A stretch of DNA of 64,000 nucleotides from an uncultured Nitrospinota bacterium (GTDB taxonomy: Bacteria; Tectomicrobia; Entotheonellia; J063; CAVPRW01), in NCBI GenBank assembly GCA_963707985.1, contig CAVPRW010000024.1, positions 96,001 to 160,000 of the forward strand, given 5' to 3'. The notes under the pieces were generated by a model. The model saw only the letters and a list, made by a program, of their open reading frames with translations, was not told where the DNA came from and ran no database searches. Below, one piece after another: positions 61,714 through 64,000 of this stretch. Within the stretch, counting starts at the first letter, position 1, and every line of letters begins with the position of its first letter. Made by a program: the position numbers and the translations under genes.

Positions 61714-63414
61714 CTACCTCCCATCGGGAATAGTGAAGCAGAAAGTCGAGCCTTCTCCTGGTTGTGACTCTACCCAGATGCGGCCGCCGTGGCGTTCGAT
61801 CATTTTCTTGCAAAGCGCCAACCCGATACCGGTCCCAGGATATTCCCTACGTGTATGCAAACGTTGAAAGATCCCGAAAATGCGTTCGAAATACTGCGGC
61901 TCGATGCCGATGCCATTGTCACGCATCGTAAACTGCCACTCTGCAGTACGATGTACGACATCGATGTGGACCTCCGGGGGACGTTCGCCGCGGTATTTGA
62001 TGGCATTGCCGATGAGATTTTGGAACACCTGCAGCAGTTGCGTGGGGTCAGCCGCAACGGTTGGCAGTGGCCCATGGGTCACCACCCCCCCGCTCTCCTG
62101 GATGACGGTCGCGAGGTTAGACAGCGCCTCCTTGAGGACGGTCTCGGAGTCAATGGGCTCCAAGTCCCTCCCATGGGTACTCACCCGCGCATAAGCCAAT
62201 AGATCGCGGATGAGGGTCTGCATCCGACTCGACCCATCGACAGCATGCGCGATCAGTTCGTCGGCACGGGCGTCGAGCCGGCCCTGGCAGCGCTGTTGCA
62301 GCAGCTGCATGCAACCCGACACTGCCCGCAGCGGCTCCTGCAGGTCATGGGAGGCAACATAGGCAAACTGTTCTAATTCGGCATTGGAGCGGGCGAAGTC
62401 CGCCGCTGACCGTTTCAGAGCATCATCCGTCTGCTTGCGCTCGGTGACGTCACGAATGGCGCTGGAGACGAGCATACCCTCATCGGACACCAGCGGGCTG
62501 AGGCTGATTTCCACTGCGAACTCGCTGCCATCCTTACGCAGACCATACAACTCGAGGCCACCCCCCATGCTCCGCGTCTGGGAGTCATGGGCATAATGCG
62601 CCCGATGCTCCGGATGTGCGTCGCGGAACCGCTCGGGGATCAGCATCTCTACGGGGTGATCGAGCAACTCGTAGCGCTGATAGCCGAACATCGCTTCGAC
62701 CTGGCGGTTGACGAGAACTATGCGACCATTGCTACTGGTAATGACCATGGCATCCGGCGCCGACTCCAGGAGGCCGCGGAAGAGTGTTTCGCTCCTCTGG
62801 AGCTGGACCGTGCGCTCGAAGATGCGCTGTTCCAGCTCGGCGTTCAGCTGTTGCACTTCGTCCTCGGCCCGCAGGCGCTCGGCGATTTCTTGTTGTAAGG
62901 TGGAAATGGTGTTGGCGAGGTCGGTGGTGCGCTCCTGGACCCGTTGTTCGAGCTCGGCATTCGATTGATGCAGTAAAGCCTCGACGTGTTCGCGCTCACG
63001 GATTTGCTGGAGTAGTGTCTGGTTGGCCGCCGCCAATTGGGATGGACTCGGGAGGGCCAGGGCTTTGGGGATCAACGGCACGAGGATGATCGCCGTAGCG
63101 ATGGAGGCGACCGCGGTCAGGAGTTTTATACTCCCCTCGACCACATATAATGGTTGCCATAGCGTCCAAATGTTCATGAGATGGGTCGTGCCGCATGCGA
63201 AGATAAAGATCCCGAACAATAGGAAGATCCGGTGGAACGCCAGGTCTTGGCGCTTGCGCACGAAATACACCAATCCTAAGGGAATGGCGTAGTAGGCCAG
63301 CGTGATGATCGCATCTGATACTACATGCAGCCAGACCAGATTGCTGTCCCAGAGCAGACAGAAGCCGTGGGGCAATTGATTGGCTGGAGTGAGGAGCGTT
63401 TTCAAGAAGTCCAC
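61714..63414 (-). CDS. Sensor histidine kinase: ethylene-receptor-type TM domain, PAS, HisKA, HATPase
   Basis: SDAIITLAYYAIP...IFACGTTHL; PAS (LLESAPDAM...GLRKDGSEF); ASHDLQEPLR; G boxes. Confidence 0.88.
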   Translation of the reverse strand: MDFLKTLLTPANQLPHGFCLLWDSNLVWLHVVSDAIITLAYYAIPLGLVYFVRKRQDLAFHRIFLLFGIFIFACGTTHLMNIWTLWQPLYVVEGSIKLLTAVASIATAIILVPLIPKALALPSPSQLAAANQTLLQQIREREHVEALLHQSNAELEQRVQERTTDLANTISTLQQEIAERLRAEDEVQQLNAELEQRIFERTVQLQRSETLFRGLLESAPDAMVITSSNGRIVLVNRQVEAMFGYQRYELLDHPVEMLIPERFRDAHPEHRAHYAHDSQTRSMGGGLELYGLRKDGSEFAVEISLSPLVSDEGMLVSSAIRDVTERKQTDDALKRSAADFARSNAELEQFAYVASHDLQEPLRAVSGCMQLLQQRCQGRLDARADELIAHAVDGSSRMQTLIRDLLAYARVSTHGRDLEPIDSETVLKEALSNLATVIQESGGVVTHGPLPTVAADPTQLLQVFQNLIGNAIKYRGERPPEVHIDVVHRTAEWQFTMRDNGIGIEPQYFERIFGIFQRLHTRREYPGTGIGLALCKKMIERHGGRIWVESQPGEGSTFCFTIPDGR

Positions 63415-63491
63415 GGCACCATCCTAGGTACCGATGCCTGCCGTGATGCTGGTCGTGACGACATCGGTATCGTTGGGTTGTTGACGATGAG

Positions 63492-64000
63492 TCAGCGTCG
63501 GTCTCCAATAGTGAAGGAGAATGTGGAGCCTTTGCTGGGTTTTGAGGTGACCCAGATGCGCCCGCCATGGCGCTCGATGATTTTCTTGCAAATCGCTAAC
63601 CCAATGCCGCTGCCTTCATACTTCCGTTGGGTGTGCAGGCGCTGAAACACCTGAAAGATGCGCTCGAAATACTGTGGGTGGATGCCGATGCCGTTGTCGC
63701 ACACCGCAAACACCCACTCCCCGCCTGCGTGCTTTACCCCGATGCGGATGCGGGGAGGCGCCTCGCCCCTGAACTTCAGGGCATTGCCGATGAGGTGTTG
63801 GAATACCTGCCGCAGTTGGGCGGGATTGGCCATCACGGTGGGAAGGGGCGCAGCCGTGACCGCGGCCCTACTCTCCCGGATGCTGACCTCTAGGCTCGCG
63901 AGCACATCGTTGAGCACCGCTGCACAATCGGTCGGCTGCAGGGGTTCGCTGCGAGCGCCCACCCATGAATATGCCAAGAGGTCCTGAATAAGCGTGTGCA
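63492..64000 (-). CDS. Histidine kinase, C-terminal HATPase part (runs off the window end)
   Basis: QVFQHLIGNALKF, DNGIGI, FQRLH, GSGIGLAICKKI. Confidence 0.88.
   Translation of the reverse strand, partial: HTLIQDLLAYSWVGARSEPLQPTDCAAVLNDVLASLEVSIRESRAAVTAAPLPTVMANPAQLRQVFQHLIGNALKFRGEAPPRIRIGVKHAGGEWVFAVCDNGIGIHPQYFERIFQVFQRLHTQRKYEGSGIGLAICKKIIERHGGRIWVTSKPSKGSTFSFTIGDRR

Overview
GC-rich bacterial window. Gene style suggests a Tectomicrobia/Entotheonella-like genome, but this is an inference. Left arm (1-17.4 kb): transketolase, an ABC-F ATPase, a sigma54-type nitrogen-scavenging locus (family-5 ABC transporter, beta-barrel-like protein, triuret hydrolase-like gene, NCS2-like permease, biuret hydrolase, allophanate hydrolase) and a vWA protein. 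Middle (17.9-45.8 kb): heavily decayed accessory DNA with a contractile-injection-system relic, many IS remnants, several tyrosine recombinases (two with 13-6-13 palindromic sites), an IS-split Fe-S HhH glycosylase, BrnTA and HigBA, and a tRNA-Lys/tRNA-Glu pair. Upstream of the tRNAs are tandem integrase remnants that duplicate the 5' half of tRNA-Lys, and one carries a sigma70-like promoter for the tRNA inside its 3' end. This island also holds an unannotated CxxU (UGA) SelW/Rdx selenoprotein. A lone 59-bp attC site is fused into an integrase remnant. Right arm (46-64 kb): TctCBA, propeller/beta-helix protein, acyl-CoA dehydrogenase, DUF1517/DUF350, RluA, DUF72, an esterase and a two-component cluster with an ethylene-receptor-type kinase. 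Many otherwise intact genes carry single-base insertions that may be assembly errors.
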